64,000 nucleotides of DNA from positions 495,037 to 559,036 of the forward strand of contig NMRA01000219.1 of NCBI GenBank assembly GCA_002633005.1. Direction: 5' to 3'. Below the pieces are notes generated by a model. It was not told the origin of the DNA and made no database searches. It worked only from the letters and a program-made list of their open reading frames with translations. The DNA comes from Phoronis australis (lineage: Eukaryota; Animalia; Phoronida). The translations under genes were made by a program, and so were the position numbers. Below are positions 51,487-64,000 of this stretch, one piece after another. Each line of letters opens with the position of its first letter. Position 1 is the first letter of the stretch.

Positions 51487-52766
51487 GAACGTACTTCGCC
51501 AGATTCATGTGGAACCACCGAGAGCACGCAAAAACAGATTATGCTCAACCAGCCTCTCGTTCAGTAACGCTAGGAACTCGCTAAAAAGCAAGACTTCGCG
51601 AGATTACGTGAGATATTGTCGTGTATTTTAAATGAGAACACGTGACGTTGACTAGGTTTTAGCTAGGTCCTAGCGTAGGTCCTAGCGTCTACTGAACGCA
51701 CGCCAGGTTTTTCGCTCCTGTTGAGTAGCATACCGCGTGGTGTCGATTGTAAGAAATTGTGACCACATTCATAATATATACCAAAAATGCTTCTCCAAAG
51801 ATTTTTCGCCAATTTATTTTTTTTTTGTGTACAGTGGTCAACTAATTGTAGTGTTACTTATTCAAACCGCTATATTTTTTAAAACTGTTTATTCTGTATT
51901 CTATTTAATATGAAGATAATTGCGCTTTTGTAACTGGCATCATGCTGTATAACTAGGGGCCCAAATATTTCATAAATAAACAAGATCAAATATAAATTGC
52001 TTGTTTATCTCGGTTACTTAAACACTCACAAATACTACAAGACACCATAACTTATGCACATATACATTAACGATCCTGTCTTCTGAAGAACCCACAGCTT
52101 GTAAAGTACAAACTAAACAATAATCATACATCTGACACCAAAGGTTGACATATTTAATGATTGCATATCAACAGTGACCAGTACATCACAATATTAATTA
52201 GTTCACAAATAACAAAACAAAGTGCTACAGTAATGGGTTGGAAAGCCGCCAGAAATTGCGCAGACATAGATGATGGGCTTAATACAACTCAGGGCAGTTA
52301 GGGTAGTTGTTCCTTAAGTAGCACACAACATGGCCCAGGAGTGATTTTTTAAAAAATCATTTACAGTAAAATGATTCAGCTTTTAAAAAACGGAAAAATG
52401 GAAAATAGTATCCTGCAAAATAAATAGAGAAATACTGTAACCTTAGAAGTTACAAAAGCACCATTGGAAAGCAGCGTTTGAAGCTTAGTGACATCCCACT
52501 GGAGGACACGCAAAGGTCTTTTTATAGTTTTTCAAAGTGCAGCCCTGTTTACTGAATTCTGAGATGTGCTCTAGAAATCCCCAAAAGTTATATTTTGCAG
52601 CACCGACTCCACTTGGTCTTTCAAATAAAGTTTCCCAGTTCTGTTCGTTTGCTTTCCATCAGAAAAAACAACTTCTGCCTTATGCCACTTTTGGTTATGA
52701 AATTGGTCTCAAATTATTCTTTCATCAAATAAGAGGTAATTTCAGAGCTTTAAAAGGTCTTGAAAA

Positions 52767-52879
52767 CAGACTCTACAAGCTGGCTCATCACAGTGGTTCA
52801 TTTGATGAGCAAAGCACGGTCTCAGACTCTACAAGTTGGCTCATCACAGTGGTTCAATTGATGAGCAAAGCATGGTCTC
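52767..52879. repeat. Two-copy ~56-bp tandem duplication
   Basis: CAGACTCTACAAG(C/T)TGGCTCATCACAGTGGTTCA(T/A)TTGATGAGCAAAGCA(C/T)GGTCT twice. Confidence 0.85.
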
Positions 52880-54345
52880 AAGACATAATGAACTGTCAGT
52901 TTCTTGGTAAAACCAGAAATCACTTCTCATCAGAGCAATGAAAAAACTGAGACCAGTTTTATAGCAGGAAATGATCTGCATGAAAAGTTCACTTCATGGA
53001 CAGAACGCGGGTTAATAATAACTTTAAAATGAATTTCCCAAACATTTTAAACAAATAATGGACAACATTTCTCTTGCAACTATCTTTTTAGCACGCCCAG
53101 TACAAGTGTTGAGAAACCATGAACAGTTGAATAAAATGAACTGTTAATTATTACAAATAATCACTTAGCGATGTTTTGCTACAAAGATATAAGTATCACT
53201 AGACACTCAAGGTCTAGTTGTCAAACTCAACTTCAAACATGAAACAAAAAGTTTAGTAGTGAATTTAATCCTTGAACAAAAAGTTTAGTAATTAATTTAA
53301 TCCTTTTAAGATTATGTAGGATCCAAGAAGAATTTGGCAAACTTTGGAACATCATAGCTCAGAAACAACTAATTGGACTCGTGCAAAACTTTCAGATACT
53401 AATGCTTTATGGAACGTTCTTCAAAATGCTGCAAAGAATTGCTTTAAATTGACTCAGATTTGCTTGATGAACTATAACACATAGCACTTTGACGAGTTTC
53501 ACTAAAAAATGAGAAGTTGCATAAAATGAAAACAAAATGAACATTTATCGCAAATGAAATTTGATTACGTTATCGATACCATTGTTTTGCTATGATTGTA
53601 CCTTTCTTTGGTTGTTAAATTTTACTGAAGACACGTGGACACAGAACCCAATCAATGGCAGACTGATATAAAGTCAAAAACTAAATTCTAACTTCTTTTT
53701 ATCATTGAGTTAAATTCTATAGCTTTGTAAATATTTAGTTGAATGCACTGCCTTCCCAACAAGTTCCTATTACATAACCTTAATTTGACTTTGATTTGGA
53801 TATGACAATGAAAAGAGGAGACTGAATAGTAAACATCATCAAGTAACCTTCTGAAATTTCCATTAAATGCATCCATGCAATGTGTATTGTATAAATATGA
53901 CTTAATGTTACATAACACAAATTCACAGGCTCCTTAACAACATTTCAATGACAATCAACTATACAGTTATGCAATTTTGATAAAAAATACAATCTATTGC
54001 AGAAATGGCACATATTTGAACTAAGAAGTCATTAACAACAAAGCACTAGGAAATTACAGCAATTTTTTGAACAGCATTGACATGTTCATTCAATAATAGA
54101 CCAAACTGTAAGAAACTGTATAGATGGAAACTTTAAATAACTGACCCACACTTTTACTTGTATTCTTATTCAAATGATCCGTATATCATGATTTCCGAGA
54201 CCTGAATAGGTTTCAATTTTTACTGCTTTCCGAGACCTGAGCAAGTTTTATAATTTTTGGGGCAAAGACAAAAATTGCCTTTAAATTGCAGGGACCACAG
54301 CCAGCTCTAACAGATATCCAAGAGCAGAATACCTGCTGTGTGACC

Positions 54346-57300
54346 TCATTTCTGTCTTAGGTCAACCAAAGTGATTCTGGAGGATGTGTCGATTTTTGCA
54401 TGGCAAGCCTCCTGTAAGAACATTGGCAGAACAAGGTGAAACAAAAAATACATACAGTACATGTCGAAAGTAATCGAACAAAAAGTTTCCTAGTCATGGC
54501 AGCCAGACATTCTGATAGTAAATTACACTTGCACACACCCATCTTGAGAGAGAATTTCCAGGTTATTTAGTGTGATTATTTTCGTAAAATACATCTCAAC
54601 TACATCAATGTCAGATTGGCTGCAAGATTAAACCTGCTCAGGCAATGCTCCAACTCTTTTTGGGCCAATAGTTAATTTGGCGAACTACAATCCACAAACA
54701 ACAATTAAACTTTGTTTCTTTAAATTCATAAATTCTCACAACACACTGCCTCACGCCATTAAAGACGTTTGTGTTGCAACGAAAATACCAACCTACAAGT
54801 AATAAAATAAAGTTCAACTCACATCAAACAAAGCTGGGTCCTTGGGATGAGGATGGAAGCCTGCTAGGCGACAGTTGGCTATGTAATCCAACCCGTGATC
54901 AGGTGTGAGGTAGAAGATTCCAGTTCTAAAAGACCGAATAAGCCAAGTGCAACAACGAATCCAGACACTTTCTTCAACTTTTAGTTTAAGTGACTGTCTT
55001 AATTCAGGAATTCTCTAAAGACAAGACTCGTCAGAAAAAAAAAGAAAATTACAAATTTCTGCGCAACACATTTTTCCTTGTGAGAGCATTAGCACAAACT
55101 TATACACTGACATTTCACTTCTCATCTGACTAATAAAAAAGTTAAATCAACTTTGATAAAGGCACTCTTAATCAAAAGTTACTTTTTTTTCAAAAGGCTC
55201 AATAATAAAATAAACATTGATGTAACACAGTTTCACTGCAACTCTTTCAAGCACCCAATGCTACCTACTGAAAGTCCTGAAAATTGTCGCAATGTAAAGA
55301 CAACCGGGTAGTAGTAACAAATGCCGACAACTTACTCATCAAACTTTGGTGAGTAAACGATAGCGATTGCCTCAGGCATCATGAGTTGATAGGAGCAATG
55401 TGTGTGCAGATCCACGCTGGAGAGAAAGGCTGTTTGAGAAGGATGAGTCTGTAACAGTGAGACAAGAACTACAGGACAACAGTTCATGAACAAGCAGTTA
55501 AAAGACATCTCTTTACTCATTTCAGGATAAAAGCTCCTAAAAACCGAGTACTAAGGGGGCATTTCTTCCTTCATTACAGAATAACAGTTTATGGAAACGC
55601 AGTTAAGACATTCATTTTTCATTTCAGAATAAAAGCTCATGCAAATGGAGTATTAATGAAGCATTCTTTCTTTCATTTGAGGATGACAGTTTGTGAAAAA
55701 GTAGTATAAAAGGGGCACTTCTCGTACTCAATCACTTAACATCATAACGATAACTTTAACAAAATGGTGCAAAATTTTTCTTTGCCACAATGGAAATTGG
55801 TTTCTGTCAAATACAGGAATCGAAAGACTATTGTGACTAACCCAACAGAGCTCAACTTTCAAAGGATTGATCACCTCTGTCAAAACTGAATGCTTTGTAT
55901 GGACATTGAAATACATTGATCATGGTATGAAAAGGCGCGAGGCATACTGAACCTGACACAGAAGCTGACTTAAACACAATGCACAAAATAATTGCTTACC
56001 AGAAACTTTGACTTCGTCTTGGCTTGTTAACAAGACTGTAGATTCTACGCTTACTTATTAGTGAATATTTGTCCTACCAGAAATTGCCCTCTTTGTTACT
56101 ATTGGTTATCAGGCCTGTTAATTCTGTTACACAAACTGACCATTATACCATGATGGTTGATAGTACTGGTCACAAGCTCCATTTGTTTAGGTCATTTCAA
56201 GTTATTGACTGACCAGCACTGCTTGAGGCTGCTAATTCCATTACACTGCTCTCACAGTTGGAAAATGGGGGATAGTAATGGTTTCGTCATGTGTTTTGTC
56301 TTTTTAATGCACTTTGGGCCAAATCCTGCAAACAACTCACATGAATCCAGCCTAGTGTGATCAAGTCGTGAGCATCTTGGTAGTCAAATAGGGCCTCTTC
56401 GCCCTGTGTTGTACAGGAGTCAGACGTGCCGCTCTGCTTAGGAATCAAAAGGTGCGTGATCTTGAATGCACCCCGAGACTACAAGAAATAAGTTGACGGT
56501 AACATGACTTTGTGGAGAAATCGTGAATGCACCACAAGTCTATTGAAGATGAGTCATAAGTCCATCACCTCATGTGCCGTGTTGTATTGTGATCGTGCAA
56601 GCAACAAAAAGTTGAAGATACGAGAAACGCCATTTTCAAGGAGCATATGATAGCTGCATTTAACTAGACTGTACCACTTGAATACATGAAGCAATACATA
56701 TCTGATCATGACTACAGAGTAAAAGTTACGTAAATAAATCAAATGCAATTTGACGTCACACCAGGGATGTGTTTCCTAACGCATGACACTTGCAAGACAA
56801 TTACGGCACAAAACCTCGACTTAGATAAAGAAAAAGCAAGTTTCTTAAAGCTTTCTACCAAAATTCCTTCCAACATACTAGCCTCTCTAACCAATCCCTT
56901 CAGTGGCGGCCATTTTGCTAGACATGTACAGAAGCAAAGTAATGTATAAAAATTATTTGCAAAACACTGGCCTTTCACTCGAGTGATCCCGCCAAACTCA
57001 TAACAAACTCAATCAACAGAATGCACTCCACAAATCTAGTACAAAGACACACGTCAAAAGGTTTTGAATCCTTAAAGCTGCAACACATGCTGGGACATGC
57101 AGCATTCAACCCATCTAGTGAGTGGTCAGGGAACCACCTCTCCCTATCTAGGCAACAGTGAAACTGCTTTTGGAGTATCAATTTTTGCATATGGTCCAAC
57201 CTAACTGACCGAGTCCGTCCAAAATGTTTTTTTCCATTCTACCAGTCTCAAAATCAAGGACTGTGGAATACATTGAAGCAATTTTATGTTGGTAAGACAT

Positions 57301-60300
57301 TCACTTCAAAAGATTGTCTCTGAACAATGAAAATTGCAGAACAGATGATAAGAGTCTAAATTTACCAATTTCCCAGATAGTATTCCACAAGTTTCCACGT
57401 TCCTGCGAGTGTTATCCTGTGCAACCTTGATGAACTGCTCGACTAGGTCAATGGGTACCATTATATCCTTCAGACCAAATCGATTTGTACTGGTTGTATG
57501 TCCCACACTAGTGAAGTGATCTAAAGATGGCTTAGTACCACGGTCAGGTACAACCGGGCTGGCACTGAAATGTAAAATAGTTATTAACTTCACTGACAAG
57601 CACAAACCAAGGCAGAATTGACGAAAGGTTTAAGTTCGGGCCACAGTGAAAGACAACAATCTAAAAGCTCTTGGTTGGAGATACCTTCGGAAATCTTTGC
57701 CCTTCGAACAATCATCAATATTTCATTGTCGTAATCATTGTCGTAATTGTTCCCTGATTTAGCACACAATATGGTCGACAAGTGAAATTGTACTTTGTCA
57801 AATTTCTTCACAAAAAAAAGATTCAAAAAAAATTTCAATCTATTACTAGCATAATTTGTATTGTGTAGATTTCATAAAAATGGCATTTGTTGAAATTCCC
57901 ATTATTTGTAGCATAGAAATAAACCTTTGGAAAATGGAAAAAATGGGAATTTTGGCAACAATTTTGTGTTAAATAAGTGGAGAATTACTGTTCCATAAGT
58001 ACTAACTTACTTTTAGTATTATCACCATTTCTAGAACTTGATTTTCTTAAAAACAAACATTTAGTGTTGTTACAAAACTGATTTCACATTCGAAAGAATT
58101 CCATAACTTCTAATACTGTTCATGCAAAATCACACTTCAAAGCAGTTTACAAGGTCATTCACAATTTTGACAGCTTTATAACCTTTCAAAACAATATGGA
58201 CAGTTGTCAGGTCTCCACAGAACTTCTTACCTATCAACGGCCAGGCCTCCACCACCTATAGTGGGCCCTAGGACATTTTTCTTTAAATCACGACTAGGTA
58301 TAACAGGTGGCAACACGGGTTTCCCATAAGCACTTGGCACAACACTGTCATACGACGGTGGGGGAGGAAGATTGTCAGAGTCTAGTGCAGGAGCCGATGG
58401 CTGTGGTGTTGGCACATCCATAGGAACCTGCGGAATCACGTCCCCTGGAGCAACCAGTGGCACAGGGGAGACAATGCCAGCCTCGTTATTGTTGTCCGTA
58501 GGCACGATTTTGTTCAAAGCACCATTTGTGTCCCCACCTGCCATAGCACGCTTTCTCTCCTGCTCCTGAAGAATCGCCAACTTCCGTTGTTCTTCAACAC
58601 GCCGTTCTTCTTCCTCCTTCAGTCTCTGAGTTTCCAGTTCCTTTTGTCGCTCAGCTTCCTGCCTTGCCAACTCCTCTAAACGTTTTCTCTGATGAAACAG
58701 ACGACTGTACTACAATGCTGTTTCGAAACATCCATGGGAGATACCAAAGGCTTCAAATAATGTGGCAAGTAGATTCAAGGCAAGTATTCAGAACATGGCA
58801 ATTTTAAAGTAATTTTACAATCACAAAATATAAAATTAGTCTACGTCTGGGTATCTATGATCAGAAACAGCATCAGAAATAATATTCTGCAGAAAATAAT
58901 CAAAATGTATAATGTAAACAAACCTCAAACCTATCTGACTGCATTGGGTCCCCACCACTATTCAATTTTAGGTGAAATTTTCTAGAAAAGTTACATTAAC
59001 AGAACTGATGTTTACTGCAATTTGAATGCCAGGTTCTACCAAAACAAGACACACCTCAACCTCTTGTCTTTTTGATTCTTCCATGGTATATATTTCAATC
59101 AACTTCTTTTTGATAGTGTCTGCTTTGTCGAAAGCCTCCATGCATTTCTGTAAGACAATGCAAACCATGTTGCACGCACAGATCAAAATGGAAAATGACT
59201 CATGACAATATGCGTACCATACGTAAGTCATATTAGTTAAAGTACACGACATAAGACGCGTGTATCACAACAAATGAAATAAGTTTCTGTATTGTAAAAC
59301 TATAAAACAACAAAAATATGCACTAATCTAAATAACTGAAGCCCTAACGACGATTTTCCACCATAGAAGACTTTTACTACCAATCATTGGCGTATGCAGA
59401 ATGTCGTAAGAAGGGCTAACCACAATCTTCTAAGGAAAATGTCTGCGGAAGCCCTACATTTTGATATTTTTGGTCGTGTCCACAAAATTCGTCTACCCAG
59501 ACAGACCACTTATTCACAATCACAGGAAAAAAATTAATAAAATGCTCTGTATCACAGTTTGGACCAATCTGGTCAACTTCCTTCAAAGTTTGGTGCAAGG
59601 AAGTGTAGATAAGACAATAAAAGTGTACAGCAATAGTTTTATCAAAGACATTCTGACATGAACCTGAAAACAGTCAATAGACTTGCCAAGGCACGATAAT
59701 GTGATCACTAGTGACACTGTCACACCCAGAATTCTTACCGGTCTAAAACTTACTACAGACCCAATGGACATTAGAGACACTGATGTGAATACGTAAATCT
59801 TAAACCAGTGCGGAAATGAAGATCACAAAATTTTTAAGTCTGGTCTGCATGCCACCAGTTGGCCAGAAGGATGTCCATGGTCTGATTGGATTTCTGTATT
59901 CGACCGGTGGCCCCATTGCCTCAGTGGGCTAGTGTCTGCATGGTTAGCAGAAGGTCCCGGGTTCGAGTCCCCGTTGGGGCACAAAATTTTCCTTACTTAT
60001 ATTCATTACAACAGGTGGCGTGCAAACCAGACTTGAAAATATTTGAGCTAGAAACACTTGTAATAACCCGAAAACCGCCTGGACGGAGTCACATTCAATA
60101 CGTGGTGTTGGGTCAGAGTGGAACGTTTCCGCCTATCATCAAATCGTTTCAACAAGATTTTAGGACGAGGCTTGGTATGACAAGACCCACGACAGGCATG
60201 AGCACAAAGGGAAGATTCACAGCAAAAAAACTCAGCCAGGTGACTGGCCAGGATGTATTCCAGTGACAGCCATGACTTGCCAGAATGTATTCTTGTGACG

Positions 60301-62315
60301 AACAGACACATCACTTGCCACGATGTATTCCAGTGACAAACCTACGTGACTGGCCAGAATGTATTCTTGTGAACAGACATATCACTGGCCAGGATGTATT
60401 CCAGTGACAAACAGACGTGACTGGCCAGAATGTATTCCAGTGACAAACAGACATATCACTGGCCAGGATGTATTCTTGTGACAAACAGACATATCACTAG
60501 CCAGGATGTAGTCTTGTGACAAATAGACATATCACTGGCCAGGATGTAATGCAGTGACGAACAGACATGACTGGCCAGAATGTATTCTTGTGACGAACAG
60601 ACATATCACTGGCCAGGATGCATTCCAGTGACAAACAGACATATCACTGGCCAGGATGTATTCTTGTGACAAACTTGTGCACATGGTTGGTCAGTAACTG
60701 TGAGTATTTACACCTAACCACCAGAAAGAACATGAGGTCTATAGCACAGCTTAGAAGCTTACATGGACCTATGAAATCAGACTGTTAAAATTGAACTTAA
60801 AATTATATGAAGTTGGTTTATATTAAATTACTGCATGATAATACTCACCTTTTTATTTTTGGACCTTTCTGCTGGGGGTGTGCTCTTGAATTCCGGATGT
60901 CTCGGCAACTTTTCGACAAATAACCTAAACAGGATACACTAGGTTGTGAGTAAATTTAAATTATCAGCATTGGAATATAATTGTGTAGAACAGCCAGCAA
61001 TATCACAATCATAACACAATATCATGACCTGCACACAGTCACATAACTCAAATAGTCAACTTTCCATCAACCTTTCTTTCACAAGTTGAACAGAAACATC
61101 CCGACTTGAACAGAAACAAAGTCTGTATTCATAAGATGCAGTATTTACAAGTGCATGAAACATGCAATACTCGTCCGAGTTATAACCCACCCTTGAAATT
61201 TTCAAATTTTCGCTTTAAAAAGCCCATGCTCTACTTTTCGCCCATCCCCAACATAAAGAGGAAAATCATTACATGTTTGGATGGACAACAAAGACACTAA
61301 TAGCTGACCACCAAAAACAAAACCAAAAATACATACACAAATAATTAATGAATAACAAAAAGACAGTAATGGCAAATATGATCAAGACTTCCTTAAAAGT
61401 GCCACTGTGTTTGTGAGCATCCATGTCGTGAGAATTTCAGATCCCTCAACCTGAGGCTAATGAACATTTATTTCCAGTGGAACCTTGCCGTATTCAGGTG
61501 CTAAAATACCTGTCTCTTAATGAAGATTCGTTGGCTCATATACATTCTTATATTATGGTACATATGTTGAAAAATAGCAAAAACATTTACGCAAGCAACC
61601 ATTCTCCCATCAAAGACTTTAATGTAAAAAATTTTGTATTTATATGCCTCGGTTCGTCACACACTGTAATTTTTTATTTCCTAAAGTAAAGGGGCATTTC
61701 AATGTTGTTTAGATATCAATGTTGAATTCTTACTTAACCAATGCTTTCTGAGCTTTAAAAACATCTTGAATTGTAGCCAAGTAAACCAGCGACTCAAGCC
61801 ACAGGAAATGTGTACGTGCAACATTTTCCAATTCACAATTTTAGCAATGGCCATTCCCAATAAATTCAGAAGGTTTTTCATACGTCATTAGTGGCCTCAA
61901 TGTTCTTATTGCAAACAGTAATCAAATCCTATCTAGTACGAAACATCAAGAAACTGATTTCATGAGCTTCAGTGGCTTAATTCATGTTTCATTTTTGCCA
62001 GCTTAAAACTGAAGAAAAGTGTTTCCCAAGTAGCCTGGGTGTTAACCCCTGCTGAGGTACTATGGAGCACTGACACCAAACAGAGAAGACTTATCACACT
62101 TACGTAACAAATTTTGAATACAATATGAATGCACTTTCCAGATTGCGTTCCTCATAGTAAACGTTCGCCATCCTTATCATCTCCAGTCCAGAGCGAAGGT
62201 AGCGTTTCGGTGGAATACTGGGATCAACATCGACCTTGCACCCATAGTCACACAAAGCACGCACACGGGATGATGGGTCATGGATATCAGAAAACATGGT
62301 GCCAGTTGACGGCAT
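54346..62315 (-). CDS. STAMBP: STAM-binding protein / AMSH, JAMM (MPN+) K63 deubiquitinase, ~485 aa
   Basis: Exons (minus strand) 62315-62104, 60924-60849, 59147-59055, 58688-58231, 57564-57366, 56478-56341, 55448-55336, 54925-54823, 54411-54346. N-terminal RVRAL…[20 protein letters not shown]…LFVEKLPRH; [10 protein letters not shown] (STAM SH3-binding-like); ETCGIL; [29 protein letters not shown] motif; GFHPH; C-terminal DLRQK. Confidence 0.96.
59827..60044. mobile_element. MITE-like element with ~35-bp TIRs enclosing a tRNA-like sequence
   Basis: 59827-59861 is an imperfect reverse complement of 60009-60044. Confidence 0.65.
59910..59981 (+). pseudogene. tRNA-derived sequence (pseudo-tRNA or SINE head)
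   Basis: Acceptor stem GCCCCA/TGGGGC; A-box-like TGCCTCAGTGG; anticodon arm TCTGC-ATGGTTA-GCAGA; B-box GGTTCGAGTCC. The D-stem is weak and the loop bases are non-canonical. Confidence 0.65.
60236..60673. repeat. Minisatellite with 36-38-bp variant units, ~12 copies, in a STAMBP intron
   Basis: Unit GAC(ATATC/GTG)ACTGGCCAG(G/A)ATGTATTC(TT/CA)GTGACAAACA. Confidence 0.9.
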
Positions 62316-62951
62316 GGTGACTCATGTAACCTGCAAGAATAGTAAGGACAGAAATGAACAAGAGAAAAAAATTCCCAGGAGCACTACTTATCCATGACCA
62401 ATGACCAGACAGTTGGTCCTGAAGTTGAAATTTCTCCAGTTTGAAACCGCCTCCAAATTTAGACACCAAAATTCAAGTTGAAATGGCATTTTCTTGATAC
62501 TCAAGATTGGAACAAGGGCGTTTTCTGTGTTCATCATATTTCTCATATATTAGACAATGTGAGTTGTATCAACAGAGAAAATAGACTATACTGTTCATAC
62601 AATCGTCAAAAATTACTGCCAACACATTTTCATGCATGAACCCCATAACATGTAACACTGAGGTGAGTGATCCTTTGTCGATTAATCTCTTGTATTTGGG
62701 ACGCCCATTATTGCCCACTTCTAAATTTGGTACGAGCTCTGACCCAGAGCAAAGCATGTTTGATTGATTTGTTGATTTATTTAACTATAGTGATCCACAA
62801 AATAATACCATACAACACAACAAAGACATACATTCAGACAGATGAGAGTTACGGGTAAAAGTACACAAAAATCAATTAATTGACGTACGGATGGCATGAA
62901 AAAGTAAAAAATTATTTTCAACATGCCCCGCCCTATCTAAGTTTCTAGCAA

Positions 62952-62983
<32 letters not shown>

Positions 62984-64000
62984 GCTCAAAAATAAATAGA
63001 TGAATAAATTAAAATAAATAAAATTGTTTGTTTTCTCCTTAACCTACCATGTAAATCTCATATCGGTGGGAACGAGTTTTCAAATGTAAAAGTTACTGCC
63101 TGCTGAATAGTTGAACTCCGGCCTAATCTTTTACAATACCTTGGTTCCATTGCTATTCAGACCCAGGCCTTTATCCAGGATTTCGAAAATAGGGTGTCCA
63201 AAATGGGGTTCCCAATATTCCAGGGCGTCCATGATTCTCTGACGCGTAACCCGCCACCCCCAGCAATCCACCCAAGCACACAGATTTTTTTACAAAAAAT
63301 GCATAAACCAAGGTTTTTACATCTACATTTACAAAACAGCCTTCTGTAGTGAGCATTTTTACTAAAAAAAACTGTAGACCCAGACATTTACATGCCTATC
63401 AATCAAGTATGAACATAGCAACATTGTATATACTTTGTATATACATTGTATATTTCTTCCTGCTTTGAAAAAAGGGCCACCACAATGTGTATGTGTCCAC
63501 ACTTGAAAGGTTCCTATTGATAGTGGGCATCCAAATGATACATTGGGAGCCTGGCAAGGGAGTCCATATTAGTGCTAGGGGGTCCATTTGGAGTATGCTG
63601 CATAAAGGCCTGTTCAGACCTCACTGCCATAATGCCCGAAGTTGTTCATCACTACGGTATTCCAAATGCACTTCTGCAAAACCTTTGGCCAGCCCTTGTT
63701 TTATTACACTGGTGTCAAACAACGCAACAGTCTACCAAATAACTTATAAGAAGTAGAATCTTCCTAGTCAAACTTAAACACCATATTTAGACACTAGTAA
63801 TTTACATACACAAAACTTGAGAAGTCCAAAAGTACATAAGTCATGAATATGTGTATTCTTGCATATTCAATCAACACATTTCAAAGAAAAAGAGTGCAAA
63901 CAAAATATTAAAATGCAAGGAAAATGACATTTGCAAGTAAATTCCAATATTTTGCCAAGGAAGGATGGGGTGTCCTAACTCCCAACATACCCCCCCCCCC

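Noticed and set aside
51486-54346. Functional link between STAMBP and the GST cluster
   Set aside because: Only convergent adjacency; nothing in the sequence supports a coupling.
59910-59981. Functional tRNA-Thr(GGT)
   Set aside because: Poor D-stem, stem mismatches, non-canonical positions 32 and 37, an anticodon rare in eukaryotes, and a location inside TIRs.
60236-60673. 36-38-bp repeat array as a possible CRISPR or coding repeat
   Set aside because: No spacers; intronic tandem repeat with variable unit lengths.

Overview
Intron-rich, AT-rich animal (invertebrate-like) genomic DNA; the host is not identified. The ORF track is mostly noise, so I assembled genes by hand from GT-AG splice sites. 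The + strand carries a cluster of cytosolic glutathione S-transferases (GSTs) with delta/epsilon/theta-like, Ser-type active sites: a 5'-truncated GST (3144-6893), a canonical 213-aa GST (9207-12157), a 306-aa GST with an MGCxxSK acylation-type leader and a basic tail (32865-37800), and a 13-coding-exon gene (39701-51486) encoding one ~942-aa chain of FOUR complete tandem GST domains behind a myristoylation-type leader. A 179-aa orphan gene that also begins with a myristoylation-type motif (27804-30232) lies inside the cluster, so three consecutive genes encode candidate lipid-anchored proteins. A 9-exon STAMBP/AMSH gene lies convergently on the - strand (62315-54346). Introns and intergenic DNA hold non-autonomous transposons, LINE fragments, satellites and several N-joined duplications that look like haplotype assembly artefacts.
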